From the NCBI GenBank assembly GCA_963794415.1, contig CAWCDI010000001.1:1868731-1932730 (forward strand): a DNA stretch of 64,000 nucleotides, in the 5' to 3' direction. Origin of the DNA: an uncultured Actinomycetes bacterium (lineage in GTDB: Bacteria > Actinomycetota > Thermoleophilia > Gaiellales > JAICJC01). Of this stretch, positions 48,493 through 60,920 are shown in pieces; within the stretch, counting starts at the first letter, position 1; each line of letters begins with the position of its first letter. The notes beneath the pieces were generated by a model that was not told where the DNA came from, did no database searches, and worked only from the letters and a program-made list of their open reading frames with translations. The translations under genes and the position numbers were made by a program.

Positions 48493-49260
48493 CTAGCCGC
48501 CGAGCACCCCGAGCACGGCTGCAGGCGTCACGTCCTTCCACGGCCCGGCATGCCACTCGCGATCGCGGTAGCGCGTGCGTAGCAGGTGGGACTCGAGCCC
48601 GGCCACGTGCGGATCGACGCGCTCGGTGAGCACGGGCGCCGCGTCCGGGAACGCATCGACGATGGCCGCCTCGGCCGCCACCGGGCTGCCGCCGATGTTC
48701 TGGACGTGATCGGGCCGGCTCGGGGTCGGCCGCGGCGCACCGTCGAGCGCTCCCTCGCGTGCGCCCGCGATGCAGCTGCGAAGCGCGTCGAGGTCGGCGT
48801 CCACCAGGAGCGTGCCGTGCACCAGGGTGGCCGCGCGGTTGCGGTGTGCGGCGATGCCGGTCACCTTGCGGCCGGCGACGCGCACCGTGCGCTCGTCGCG
48901 CTCGGCGTCGACCCCCAGGGCCCGGCAGGCGGCCACCATGCCGTCCAGAAACGGCGAGTACATGTCGGGCACGCCGGCGAGCGCAGCGGGATGCGTGGCA
49001 GGGACGATGAGCGCCGCGCACACCACGCCGGGATCGAGGTAGACGGTGCCGCCCCCGGTGAACCTGCGCCAAACCCGCACGCCGCGGGCCTCACACGCGG
49101 CGGCGTCCACCTCCCAGTCGGCCCGCTGGAACCGCCCGACGATGACCGCCGGCCGCGACCGCCACACCGCGATCACGGGATCGGGCAGCCCCGCCCGCGC
49201 GAGCGCCTCATCCAGCGCCAGCCCGCGCTCGGGGGCGATCACGCCCGCCGGCGCGCTCAC
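48493..49260 (-). CDS. Lipoate-protein ligase A family (catalytic domain only)
   Basis: GLALDEAL, VIVGRFQ, RRFTGGGTVYLD, GRKVTGIA, HGTLL. Confidence 0.88.
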   Translation of the reverse strand: MSAPAGVIAPERGLALDEALARAGLPDPVIAVWRSRPAVIVGRFQRADWEVDAAACEARGVRVWRRFTGGGTVYLDPGVVCAALIVPATHPAALAGVPDMYSPFLDGMVAACRALGVDAERDERTVRVAGRKVTGIAAHRNRAATLVHGTLLVDADLDALRSCIAGAREGALDGAPRPTPSRPDHVQNIGGSPVAAEAAIVDAFPDAAPVLTERVDPHVAGLESHLLRTRYRDREWHAGPWKDVTPAAVLGVLGG

Positions 49261-49988
49261 TCGCGGGCGCCGGTTGCGACCTCGATGCCGGCGCGCCGCA
49301 GCCGCTGCTCGAGCGACGGCGGGGTGTTGGCGGGGAGCTCCACCGCGGCCGGGAGGCGGTCGTTGAGGCTGCCGAGCTCGGCCTCGAGCTCGGCCTCGGC
49401 CGGGAGCGCCGCCAGCGCGCCGCGGGCCTCGGTGAGGCGATCGCGGGCGAGCTCGTGCTCCTCTGCCAGCGCCCGCTTGGCCTCGTCGATGGTCTCGATG
49501 AGGGCGAGCGTGTCGCGGCGAAGCGCCTCGGGCCGGGAGTCGTCGCGAAGCTCGACGGGAGGCTCGACCTCGACGGGCAGGTCGCCGAGGGTCACGATCA
49601 GGCTGTCGCGCTCGGCCTCGAGCAGGTCGCGCTGGTCGCGGGTCTGCAGGCGGGCAGACTCCACCCGCCGCGCGCAGGCCTGCACCTCGTCGCGGTAGAT
49701 CTCGGTATCGACGCCCGCCGATTCGGCCAGCTGCAGCTGCTCGGCTGCGCGCGTCCAGAGCGCGACGAGCGGGCCCTGCGCGCTCCACTGCCGCTCGAGC
49801 TCACGGGCGATGGGCGTGATGGCGACCGCCCTCGCCTCGAGCGATGCGTGCAGCTCGGGCACCGATCGCTCGATCGCCTGGTCGCGCTCGACCTCGGACC
49901 CGAGCCGGCGCACGCGCTCGAGCTGCTCGTGCACCGCGGCGCGGCGGTCGGCCAGCTCCAGCAGCTGCTCGAGCTCAGACCGATTCAT
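49257..49988 (-). CDS. Coiled-coil hypothetical protein
   Basis: Glu/Arg/Leu-rich helical ORF overlapping both neighbours. Confidence 0.7.
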   Translation of the reverse strand: MNRSELEQLLELADRRAAVHEQLERVRRLGSEVERDQAIERSVPELHASLEARAVAITPIARELERQWSAQGPLVALWTRAAEQLQLAESAGVDTEIYRDEVQACARRVESARLQTRDQRDLLEAERDSLIVTLGDLPVEVEPPVELRDDSRPEALRRDTLALIETIDEAKRALAEEHELARDRLTEARGALAALPAEAELEAELGSLNDRLPAAVELPANTPPSLEQRLRRAGIEVATGARE

Positions 49989-50718
49989 CCAGCACCGGCT
50001 GTGGCGCAGGCCGGACGAAGATGCCGCGCGGCATCCTCTCCCAGGCGATGAGGAGCATGGGCGCGAAGATCAGCCCCGCGGCGTCGAGGAAGCAGTAGCC
50101 CCCGGCCATGCCGCTGGGCGGATTGCCCTGGGGGATGATCCCGCTGGGGCCGTGGTGCGCCCACGCCCAGGCGCCGAGGTTGGTGCCGACCAGCTCGAGG
50201 TAGCTCGTGACCAGGAACGCACCGGCGTAGACCAGCGGCTGGCGGCCGCGCAGCAGGAATCGCAACAGAAAGAGATACATGATCGCGCCAAGAACGTCAC
50301 GCCTTGGCGCGAGCGCGAGTCCCCAGAAGGCCCACGCCCCGCACACCACGATCACGCCGACGATGAACTCGCGGCGGTAGCGCTCGGCGAGCACGGAGCG
50401 GCCGATGCAGAGCGCCGCGAGATACACGAGCCCGTGGCCGGGCGGCACGTACATCGGCACGTTGTGGAGGCGGTAGGTGTAGACGCCGAGGCCGGTGGAC
50501 GCCGTGTACTCGAGCAGCGTCGCCGCGATGATCACGACGACGACCTGCGCGCGATGGTGTCGCTTCTCGCCCCAGAGCAGGCCGATGAGGAGGATCCAGG
50601 TGGCGACGCCAATCGAGCGCTGGAGCCAGATTCCGGCATTGTGGTCGGCTGTCGCGGCCACCGCGATCCAGGCGAACACGGTGACAGCAACCCAGAGGTC
50701 TCGAGGCGGCCGGCGCAT
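49975..50718 (-). CDS. Conserved-looking membrane protein
   Basis: YTYRLHNVPMYVPPGHGLVY, LELVGT..G.W.W, GNPPSG.AGGYC.LD; TACCAT -10 before ATG. Confidence 0.8.
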   Translation of the reverse strand: MRRPPRDLWVAVTVFAWIAVAATADHNAGIWLQRSIGVATWILLIGLLWGEKRHHRAQVVVVIIAATLLEYTASTGLGVYTYRLHNVPMYVPPGHGLVYLAALCIGRSVLAERYRREFIVGVIVVCGAWAFWGLALAPRRDVLGAIMYLFLLRFLLRGRQPLVYAGAFLVTSYLELVGTNLGAWAWAHHGPSGIIPQGNPPSGMAGGYCFLDAAGLIFAPMLLIAWERMPRGIFVRPAPQPVLDESV

Positions 50719-50756
50719 CCGCCGAATGGTAGTAGAAGATGGGCTACCCTCCTGCG

Positions 50757-51641
50757 ATGGACGAGCGGGTGATCCAGGTGAACACACAGTCGGTGCGCCA
50801 TGCGCTGGCCAACGCGTTCGTCGCCTCGGAGCCGGGCGATCACGCCTGGCGCGGAGAGATCGGCATCGTCGGGCCGTCGGTGACGGTGGACGTGCGCGAC
50901 GACGGCGGAGTGCCCTACGTGCACGCCCGCGCCGACGTGCTGGCGCTGCCCGAGCTGACGGCGGCCGCGGCGCGGATGCTCCTCATCGAGAACGGCGAGC
51001 TGGTGCTCGGCAGGTTTGCCTACGCCGACGGCCACGTGCGCATCGAGCACGCCATCATGGCGGGTTCGACGATGTCGCGGGTCGAGGTGCAGGCCTCCGT
51101 GTGGGCCGTGGGCTGGGGCGCCTCGGCATTCGGCGCGAGGCTCCATGCGCTCCTGGCCGAGGGCACGCCGCCGCCGGCGCCGCTCACGCCGGCCGCACGC
51201 AGGCGTGACGCGGCCTACGCGCTCGAGTCCACCACCAAGCGCGTGCAGCGGTTTCTGGAGGAGAACTACGGCGGGTTCGAGCACCATCCCGAGTGGGGCT
51301 TCCACGGCCCGTTCGGGAGTGCGCGGGTGTTCGTCGATGTGCTGCCGGTGCTCGACGACTCGACCGCGGTGCGGGCGTCGTCTCCGGTGCTCTCGGACAT
51401 CGACCTGACCGACGACCTGGCGCTCTACCTCGCAACGCTCGAGACCTCCACCCCGTTCGGATCGTTCCTCTACGTGCCCGCGCGGCGCGAGGTGTGGTTC
51501 CAGCACGTGGTGCTCGGGGACGATCTGGATCTGACCGAATTCAGGGCCGCGATCGACGTCGTTGCCTCGTCGGCAGACGAGCACGACGACGAGCTGCAAG
51601 CCAGATTCGGCGGCAAACGGTATGCGGATCTCACGGCCTGA
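50757..51641 (+). CDS. Tandem YbjN / type III secretion chaperone-like domain protein
   Basis: Two repeats of GSxxVxV...V...N/T..LxxGxF; ends ADEHDDELQARFGGKRY. Confidence 0.7.
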   Translation: MDERVIQVNTQSVRHALANAFVASEPGDHAWRGEIGIVGPSVTVDVRDDGGVPYVHARADVLALPELTAAAARMLLIENGELVLGRFAYADGHVRIEHAIMAGSTMSRVEVQASVWAVGWGASAFGARLHALLAEGTPPPAPLTPAARRRDAAYALESTTKRVQRFLEENYGGFEHHPEWGFHGPFGSARVFVDVLPVLDDSTAVRASSPVLSDIDLTDDLALYLATLETSTPFGSFLYVPARREVWFQHVVLGDDLDLTEFRAAIDVVASSADEHDDELQARFGGKRYADLTA

Positions 51642-51664
51642 CAGAGTGGTATCGTGAGCGCCCA

Positions 51665-51832
51665 GTGAACGCCGACCGAACAGCAATGTGGATCATCGCC
51701 GGCGGCATCCTGGCCGGCATGCTGGTCGTGATCGCCGTGAACGGCATCAGCGGCCTGCCGTTCGAGTGGTGGGGCGTGGCGGCCGGCTGCGTCCTGGCCG
51801 GCGTCGCGTTTTCGCTGGGCTACACGGACTAG
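51665..51832 (+). CDS. Small two-TM membrane protein (55 aa)
   Basis: Two hydrophobic helices; start could be GTG 51665 or ATG 51686. Confidence 0.55.
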   Translation: MNADRTAMWIIAGGILAGMLVVIAVNGISGLPFEWWGVAAGCVLAGVAFSLGYTD

Positions 51833-51841
51833 CCGCCGCCG

Positions 51842-51872
51842 TGAATATTAAGTGCCTGGCACCGTTTATTCA
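51842..51872. repeat. 31-bp AT-rich palindromic repeat, copy 2
   Basis: TGAATATTAAGTGCCTGGCACCGTTTATTCA; reverse complement of 18338-18368. Confidence 0.85.
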
Positions 51873-53060
51873 GGGCTGGGTGACGGCTTCGGCGACCAGC
51901 TCGGCTGGGTGGACGATCGGGATGTCGCCGCGGCCGAGGTCGCGCAGTGAGGCTGCCAGCTGGAGTGCGCAGCCGGGGTTGGCCGTCGCGATCACGTCGG
52001 GCTCGGCCTCCAGGATGGTGCGTGCCTTTCGCAGTCCCAGCTCCTTCGCCGCCGCCGGCTGCGTCAGGTTGTAGACGCCCGCCGAGCCGCAGCACATGCC
52101 CGGGTTGCTGATCTCGACCAGCTCGATGCCGGGGATGCCCTCGAGGAGCGCGCGCGGCTGCGCCGAGATGCCCTGGCCATGGTTCAGGTGGCAGGCGTCC
52201 TGATACACCACCCGCGTCGCCGGCCGCGGCGCCCGCTCGGCGCGCGGCCCCAGCTCGGCCAGGAGCTCGGTCACGTCGCGCACCGACTCCGAGAACCGCC
52301 GCGCCTCCTCCGTTCCCAGCAGCTCGCCGTAGCCCTTCATCGCCGAGCCGCAGCCCGCCGCCGTCACCACCACGCGCTCATACCCCGCGAACGTCTCGAC
52401 CGTCGCCTGGGCCATCTCGCGCGCCTGGTGGTCACGCCCGTTGTGGAGGGCCAGCGCGCCGCAGCAGCCCTGCCCGCCCGGCACCGAGCATGCGCACCCG
52501 TCGGCCGCGAGCGCCGTCACGGCGGCCTCGTTCACCTTGCCGAAGTAGACGCTCTGCACGCAGCCCTCGAGGAGCGCCGCCGACTGCTTCTGCTGCCCGC
52601 GGGCAGGCGTGTACCGCGGTGGCCCGGCGCGGAGATCGCCCAGCGACACCCGCGGAGCCAGCGGCAGCGGCCGGATCCCCAGCGCGAGCGGCAGCGAGAG
52701 CGCCCGCAGCAGCTTCGGCCGCGTGAAGAGATTGGAGACGAGCGTGTCCACGCTTCGGTGCCGCGGCGTCATCGGCGCCTCGACCCGGCGCTTTGCGCGC
52801 GTGCGCTCGATGAGCAGGTCGTAGCGCACACCGCTGGGACAGGCCGGCACGCACGCCAGGCAGCCGAGGCAGCGATCGACGTGCAGCGCCACCGACTCGT
52901 CCATCGGCAGCTCACCGCGCTCGACCAGATCCATCAGCATGATCCGCCCCCGCGGCGAGTCCTGCTCCTGCCCCCACAGGTCGTACGTCGGGCACGCCGG
53001 CAGGCAGAAGCCGCAGTGCACGCAGGCATCCAGCAGCTCGCGGGTGCTCGCCTCAGCCAC
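51870..53060 (-). CDS. glcF: Glycolate oxidase iron-sulfur subunit
   Basis: CVHCGFCLPACP, DSPRGRI, CLGCLACVPACPSGV, GCCGAL, YQDACHL, CCGSAGVYN, ANPGC. Confidence 0.92.
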   Translation of the reverse strand: MAEASTRELLDACVHCGFCLPACPTYDLWGQEQDSPRGRIMLMDLVERGELPMDESVALHVDRCLGCLACVPACPSGVRYDLLIERTRAKRRVEAPMTPRHRSVDTLVSNLFTRPKLLRALSLPLALGIRPLPLAPRVSLGDLRAGPPRYTPARGQQKQSAALLEGCVQSVYFGKVNEAAVTALAADGCACSVPGGQGCCGALALHNGRDHQAREMAQATVETFAGYERVVVTAAGCGSAMKGYGELLGTEEARRFSESVRDVTELLAELGPRAERAPRPATRVVYQDACHLNHGQGISAQPRALLEGIPGIELVEISNPGMCCGSAGVYNLTQPAAAKELGLRKARTILEAEPDVIATANPGCALQLAASLRDLGRGDIPIVHPAELVAEAVTQP

Positions 53061-53823
53061 GGTATGCCTCCACCACGCGCCGCTCGAGCGGCGTCAGCTC
53101 GACGTCGGGATCGACCGGCACCGCATCGCTGAAGAGCCGGCCGCGGGCGATGCGGCCCACCACCCTGGTCGCGCCCTCCAGCCGCAGCCGCTGGATCTCG
53201 CCGGGCGCCTCGGCGGGCAGCACGCGCGTGGATCCCAGTCCCGCGGCCGCCTCGCGATGCTCTGCCCAGAGACCCTCGTCATCGGTCACGAGCTCGCCGG
53301 CTGCGAGCACCCACGCGCGATCGGCCAGCGCCTGGGCGACGGGGCTCTCGAACCGCACCAGCATCTGCCCGGGCGGCCACGCGTACTCCACGCAGGCCGG
53401 CGCGAGCGGCTCGAAGATGAGCGGATCCACCTCGTCGCACACGAGCGTCGCGGTGGCCGCGGGCAGCGGATGCAGGCGTACCGTGAGCTCGCGAATGGAG
53501 CCGAGCCGGCCGTGAGCGCCGGTGAAGAGCTTGGGCAGGTCGTAGCCCGCCACGCTCTTCACCACCTTGCCTCCCGAGCGTGCGACCGTGCCGTCGGCCA
53601 GCTCGGCCTCCATGCCCAGGATCAGGTCGCGCGGCTCGCCGTAGCGGTGGCTGCGCGGGCCGCTGAGCGCCCCGTCGAACACCTCTCCCACCGTCAGCGT
53701 GGCGGCACCGGGGGGATCGACGGCCAGCATCTGGCCCGCCTTCCCGAGCTCGGCGTTCAGCTCGGCGAGGCCCGTGCCGGCCGAGACCGTGCAGATGAGA
53801 TCGCCCGGGCTGTGCTCGATCAC
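53053..53823 (-). CDS. glcE: Glycolate oxidase FAD-binding subunit (short form)
   Basis: HSPGDL, GPRSHRYG.PRD, SGGKVVKSVAGYDLPKL; lies between glcD and glcF. Confidence 0.85.
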   Translation of the reverse strand: MIEHSPGDLICTVSAGTGLAELNAELGKAGQMLAVDPPGAATLTVGEVFDGALSGPRSHRYGEPRDLILGMEAELADGTVARSGGKVVKSVAGYDLPKLFTGAHGRLGSIRELTVRLHPLPAATATLVCDEVDPLIFEPLAPACVEYAWPPGQMLVRFESPVAQALADRAWVLAAGELVTDDEGLWAEHREAAAGLGSTRVLPAEAPGEIQRLRLEGATRVVGRIARGRLFSDAVPVDPDVELTPLERRVVEAYRG

Positions 53824-55246
53824 AGGCGCTCCACCCCCGCCCGCTCGGCCGGGTGCACGCGATGGATGCCCGGCGCCTCGCCGCACAGCCGCGGTGTGGG
53901 GAACGCCTTGCCAGGGTTGCAGAGCCCTTCGGGATCGAACGCCGTGCGCAGGCGCAGCATCACCGCCATGTCGGTGTCCGAGTACATCCGCGGCATCTGG
54001 CACGCCTTGTCCACCCCCACCCCGTGCTCGCCGGTGAGCGATCCGCCCGCTGCGATGCAGGCCTCGAGGATTTTGGTGGCCAGCTCCTCGGCCTGCCCCG
54101 ACTGGCCGCTCACCGCCGAGTCGAACAGCACCAGCGGATGGAGGTTGCCGTCGCCCGCGTGAAAGACGTTTGCCACCTTGAGACCGTACTCCTGCGAGAG
54201 CTCGTCGATGCGGTGAAGCGTCCGCGGAAGCGCGGTGCGCGGCACCACGCCGTCCTGCACGTAGTAGTCGGGACTCACCCGGCCCATCGCGGCAAACGCA
54301 GCTTTCCGCCCGTACCAGAGCGCCGCGCGCTCGGCCAGGTCGGCGGCGATCCGCACCTCGCTGGCGCCGTGCTCCCGGCAGATCTCCTGCACCTGCCCCT
54401 CGAGCAGCTCGACCTCGATGTCGGGGCCGTCGAGCTCCACCAGGAGCACCGCGCCCGCACCCACCGGAAGGCCCGCGTGCACGGCCTCCTCGACGGCGCC
54501 GATGGCAACGGCATCCATCATCTCGATGGCAGCCGGCACGATCCCGCCGGCGATGATCTGCGAGACGACCTCTCCGGCGGCGTCGGTGGACGGGAACGCC
54601 GCCAGCATCGTGGTGATGCGCTGAGGGATCGGCGTCAGCCGGATGACCGCGGAGGTCACGATCCCGAGCGTCCCCTCGGAGCCGACGAATCCGGCCACCA
54701 GATCCACCGGCCGGTCGCGCCGGAGCGTCACCACCTCACCGCCGGCCAGCACCACCTCGAGCTCGATCATGTGGTTGGTCGTGAAGCCGTGCTTCAGGCA
54801 GTGCGCGCCGCCGGAGTTCTCGGCCACGTTGCCGCCGATGGTGCACACCTGCTGGCTCGAGGGGTCGGGCGCGTAGAAGAGGCCATGCCGCGCCACCGCC
54901 TTCGACACCTCCAGGTTGGGCACGCCCGGCTGCACCCGCGCGCGGCGGTTGGGCACGTCGATGTCGAGGATGCGGTTCATGCGCGAGAGGCCGATCACGA
55001 TGCCCTCGGCCACCGGCATCGCACCGCCGGAGAGGCCCGTGCCCGCCCCCCGGGCCACGAACGGGACGCGGTGCGCGGAGGCGATGCGCACGGCCGCAGC
55101 CACCTCCTCCGTGGTGCGCGGCAGCACCACTACCAGCGGAATCGCCCGCCAGCCGGTGAGCCCGTCGCACTCATAGGTGCGCAGCTCCGCCGGATCGGTC
55201 AGCACGGCGTCGCTGGGGAGCGCCGCCCGGAGCTCCGCGACCAGCG

Positions 55247-55250
<4 letters not shown>
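53820..55250 (-). CDS. glcD: Glycolate oxidase FAD-linked subunit
   Basis: YECDGLT, RGAGTGLSGGA, PDPSSQQVCTIGGNVAENSGG, GSEGTLG, HAGDGNLHP, GEHGVG, NPGK. Confidence 0.92.
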
Positions 55251-57820
<2,570 letters not shown>

Positions 57821-57858
57821 CCTCCGAAACCTACCAGTGATGTGGGTACGCTAGGGGT

Positions 57859-58140
57859 ATGGCACCATCGGGATCACGCGTGCATTTGCCCCCTTCCGCG
57901 ACGCCGCCGCTGGAGGTCTACATCAACGGCGTGCAGCAGGAACCGGGCCGTGACTACGCGCTCGAGGGCCGCACGCTGGTGTTCCCGCAGGTGCTGATCC
58001 AGCCGCGTAAGGACACGGCGAAGAGCCTCTTTCGCTCGCTCTTCTTCGGCCGGTACAAGCCCGAGCACGTGGTGGACGTGGTGTACCGCGTAAACGGGGT
58101 ACGCACGGTCGAGAGCGGGCTCGACATCGACAACTCGTAG
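57859..58140 (+). CDS. Hypothetical protein (93 aa)
   Basis: EVYINGVQQEPGRDY; TACGCT -10 6 nt before ATG; coding-like codon usage. Confidence 0.7.
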   Translation: MAPSGSRVHLPPSATPPLEVYINGVQQEPGRDYALEGRTLVFPQVLIQPRKDTAKSLFRSLFFGRYKPEHVVDVVYRVNGVRTVESGLDIDNS

Positions 58141-58148
58141 GAGGTGCC

Positions 58149-58715
58149 ATGGCACGGCTGATCTACTCCGTCATCTGCTCGCTGGACGGCTACATCGAGG
58201 ATGCGGCCGGCAAGTTCGACTGGGCCGCGCCGAGCGACGAGGTGCACGCCTACGTGAACGATCAGGAGCGGCCGGTCGGGACGTACCTCTACGGCCGCCG
58301 GATGTACGAGACCATGGTCTACTGGGAGCATCCGCCCGCGGGGACGGAGACGCACGCCGTCGCGCGCGACTACGCGAGCATCTGGCAGGCGGCCGACAAG
58401 GTGGTCTACTCGAGCTCGCTGACCGAGGTCGGAAGCGCACGCACGCGCCTCGAGCGCGAGTTCGATCCGGCGGCCGTGCGGCAGATGAAGGCGGATGCGG
58501 CGACCGACATCAGCATCGGCGGGCCGGGACTCGCCGCCCATGCGATCCGCGCAGGCCTGGTGGACGAGATCCACCTGCTCGTGAACCCCATCATCGTGGG
58601 CGGTGGCAAGGCCGCGCTGCCCGACGACGTGCGCCTACGGCTGGAGCTGCTCGACGAGCACCGCTTCGCCAACGGCGTCGTCCACCTGCACTACGGCGCT
58701 CAGACCAGCGAGTAG
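58149..58715 (+). CDS. Dihydrofolate reductase / RibD C-terminal family protein
   Basis: SLDGYIE, LYGRRMYE, KVVYSSSL, IGGPGLA, GLVDE...PIIVGGGK; AGGAGG RBS. Confidence 0.92.
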   Translation: MARLIYSVICSLDGYIEDAAGKFDWAAPSDEVHAYVNDQERPVGTYLYGRRMYETMVYWEHPPAGTETHAVARDYASIWQAADKVVYSSSLTEVGSARTRLEREFDPAAVRQMKADAATDISIGGPGLAAHAIRAGLVDEIHLLVNPIIVGGGKAALPDDVRLRLELLDEHRFANGVVHLHYGAQTSE

Positions 58716-58957
58716 CCCTGAAGGGCGGTGGCGAGGAGCGCGATCATGCCGATGACGAACACCGCCAGGATGCTGCCGCCCTTGCTGCGCGGGTTCAGGA
58801 AGTAGCCGATCACAGCCACCACGAGGCCGATGATCACCATGAAGACGGGGCGCGTCCAGAAGGCCATCACCGTTACGGCAACTGCCGACCCGTTGATGAC
58901 GGCGACGGCATCGTCGCGGAAGGATTCGAACTCACCTGTGGTCTGCTGCTGGGTCAA
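58700..58957 (-). CDS. Small membrane protein
   Basis: TTG start after AGGAG; three hydrophobic segments. Confidence 0.65.
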   Translation of the reverse strand: MTQQQTTGEFESFRDDAVAVINGSAVAVTVMAFWTRPVFMVIIGLVVAVIGYFLNPRSKGGSILAVFVIGMIALLATALQGYSLV

Positions 58958-59011
58958 GGCTTGGCTCCTGGAGGACGGTCGTCGGCGAAAGCATACCGCC
59001 GGGTCGCGACG

Positions 59012-59998
59012 TTAGGCGGAAGACTCACCCAGAATCTCTGCAAGCTTGTCGATGGAGTGGTTGGCCGACACGCGCCGCACAGTGCCCGAGCGCGAGCGCA
59101 TCACCAGCGACTGGGTGCGCGCGCCGCCGGAGCGGTACCGGACGCCCTGCAGCAGGTCGCCGTCGGTCACGCCGGAGGCGGCGAAGAACACGTTGTCGCC
59201 CTTCACGAGATCGTCGGTCTTCAGCACCTTCTCGAGGTCGTAGCCGGCGTCGATCGCGGCCTTTCGCTCGTCATCGTTCCGCGGCCAGAGCCGTCCCTGG
59301 AACTGGCCGCCGAGGCACTTGAACGCCGACGCCGAGAGCACGGCCTCGGGCGTGCCGCCGATGCCCCACAGCAGGTCGATGCCGGTGTCGGGAGTGGCGG
59401 CCATCAGGGAGCCGGCGACGTCGCCGTGGGAGATGAAGCGGATGCGGGCGCCGGCCGCGCGCACGCGCTTGACCATCTCGTCGTGACGCGGGCGGTCGAG
59501 CATCACGACCATGAGGTCGCGCACCTTGCTGCGCTTGGCGGCGGCGATCTGCGCGAGCGTGGTCTCGATGGGCGCGGTGATGTCGATCTCCTCGTCCACG
59601 TCGGCTCCGCACGCGAGCTTCTCCATGTAGAACACCGGCCCGGGATCGAACATCGCGCCCTTCTCGGCGGCGGCGATCACGGCGAGCGCGTTTGGCTGGC
59701 CGCGGGCGACCAGCTCGGTGCCCTCGAGCGGATCGACGGCCACATCCAGCTCGGCACCCGTGCCGGAGCCGACGTGCTCGCCGTTGTAGAGCATCGGGGC
59801 CTCGTCCTTCTCGCCCTCGCCGATGACGATCACGCCGTCCATGTCAACGGTCGCGAGCATGATGCGCATCGCATCGACCGCGGCCTGATCGGCGGCGATC
59901 TTCTCGCCGAAGCCGACCCAGCGGGCACAGGCGATTGCTGCCACCTCGGTTACCCGCACCAGCTCGAGAGCCAGGTTTCGGTCAGGTTTCACGGTCAC
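59012..59998 (-). CDS. glpX: Class II fructose-1,6-bisphosphatase
   Basis: DRNLALELVRVTE, VIGEGEKDEAPML, DPLEGT, YMEKL, LDRPRH, GIGGTPE. Confidence 0.96.
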   Translation of the reverse strand: MTVKPDRNLALELVRVTEVAAIACARWVGFGEKIAADQAAVDAMRIMLATVDMDGVIVIGEGEKDEAPMLYNGEHVGSGTGAELDVAVDPLEGTELVARGQPNALAVIAAAEKGAMFDPGPVFYMEKLACGADVDEEIDITAPIETTLAQIAAAKRSKVRDLMVVMLDRPRHDEMVKRVRAAGARIRFISHGDVAGSLMAATPDTGIDLLWGIGGTPEAVLSASAFKCLGGQFQGRLWPRNDDERKAAIDAGYDLEKVLKTDDLVKGDNVFFAASGVTDGDLLQGVRYRSGGARTQSLVMRSRSGTVRRVSANHSIDKLAEILGESSA

Positions 59999-60017
59999 GT
60001 GCCGAGACCATACCCGA

Positions 60018-60920
60018 CTACGAGCGCAAAAGGCGAGTGGCGAGCCCCGAGATGGAGGCCCGGTCGAGCAGGGGCTCGAGCCAGCGCTCGGGAATTCCGC
60101 CGGCACCGAAACGGGCGCCGGCGAGCGCACCGGCGACTGCTGCGTTGGTGTCGGCGTCCCCGCCGAGGTTGGCCGCGAATACCACCGCCTGCTCGAACGT
60201 CTCGTGGCCGAACGCTGCGGCGTAGCCGATGCGAAGCGCGGTGAGCACGAACCCCACCTGCTCCTGCGCCTCGGTCTCGAGCTCGTCGGGGCTCGCCGTG
60301 AGCGCCGAGGCCGCGGCGGTGCCGGCCGCTGACGACGATCCTGGCAGCCGCTTCTGGCGCAGGAGCGCGGCCACGGTCTGGTTGAAGAACACGCAGGCGT
60401 CGGCGGCCAGGGGATCGTGGTGGGTGAGCGTCGAGTCGAGCCGTGAGACCCGCTCGAGCTCCTTGCCGTCGCGGCTGTAGCGAAGCGCGATGGGCGCCGT
60501 GCGCATGAGCGATCCGTTGCCGGCGCTCTTGCCGCCCGAGTCCTCGTGGTGGCGCAGGGCGGCGGCGCGCGACTCGTCCGCGCTTCGCGCGCGCATCACG
60601 GCGGCCGAGACGGTACCGCCGATGTCCTTCGGGCCCGAGCGCGCCCAGAGCGCGTAGCGGGCGAAGACGTCGTCCTCGTCGTACTCGCCGCACTCCACGA
60701 TGCTCCGCGCGAGCTCGAGCGCCATGGCGGTGTCGTCGGTCCACTCACCCCGCGCCCAGAGCGTCGATTGCACGAGGTCGCGGAGCTCGCCGCCGTAGCG
60801 CTGGCGGATCTGGTTGGGGTGAAGCCACTCCAGCGCGGCGCCGAGCGCGTCGCCGACCGCCAGCCCGAGGAGGGCCCCTCGAGCCCGGTCGAACTCCTCG
60901 TCGGAGTACCGGCCCCTCAC
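60018..60920 (-). CDS. ADP-ribosylglycohydrolase (DraG/ARH family)
   Basis: GLAVGDALG, GEWTDDT, DIGGT, GNGSLMR, LTH, GGDADTNAAVAG; GTGA overlap with the nei stop. Confidence 0.93.
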   Translation of the reverse strand: MRGRYSDEEFDRARGALLGLAVGDALGAALEWLHPNQIRQRYGGELRDLVQSTLWARGEWTDDTAMALELARSIVECGEYDEDDVFARYALWARSGPKDIGGTVSAAVMRARSADESRAAALRHHEDSGGKSAGNGSLMRTAPIALRYSRDGKELERVSRLDSTLTHHDPLAADACVFFNQTVAALLRQKRLPGSSSAAGTAAASALTASPDELETEAQEQVGFVLTALRIGYAAAFGHETFEQAVVFAANLGGDADTNAAVAGALAGARFGAGGIPERWLEPLLDRASISGLATRLLRS

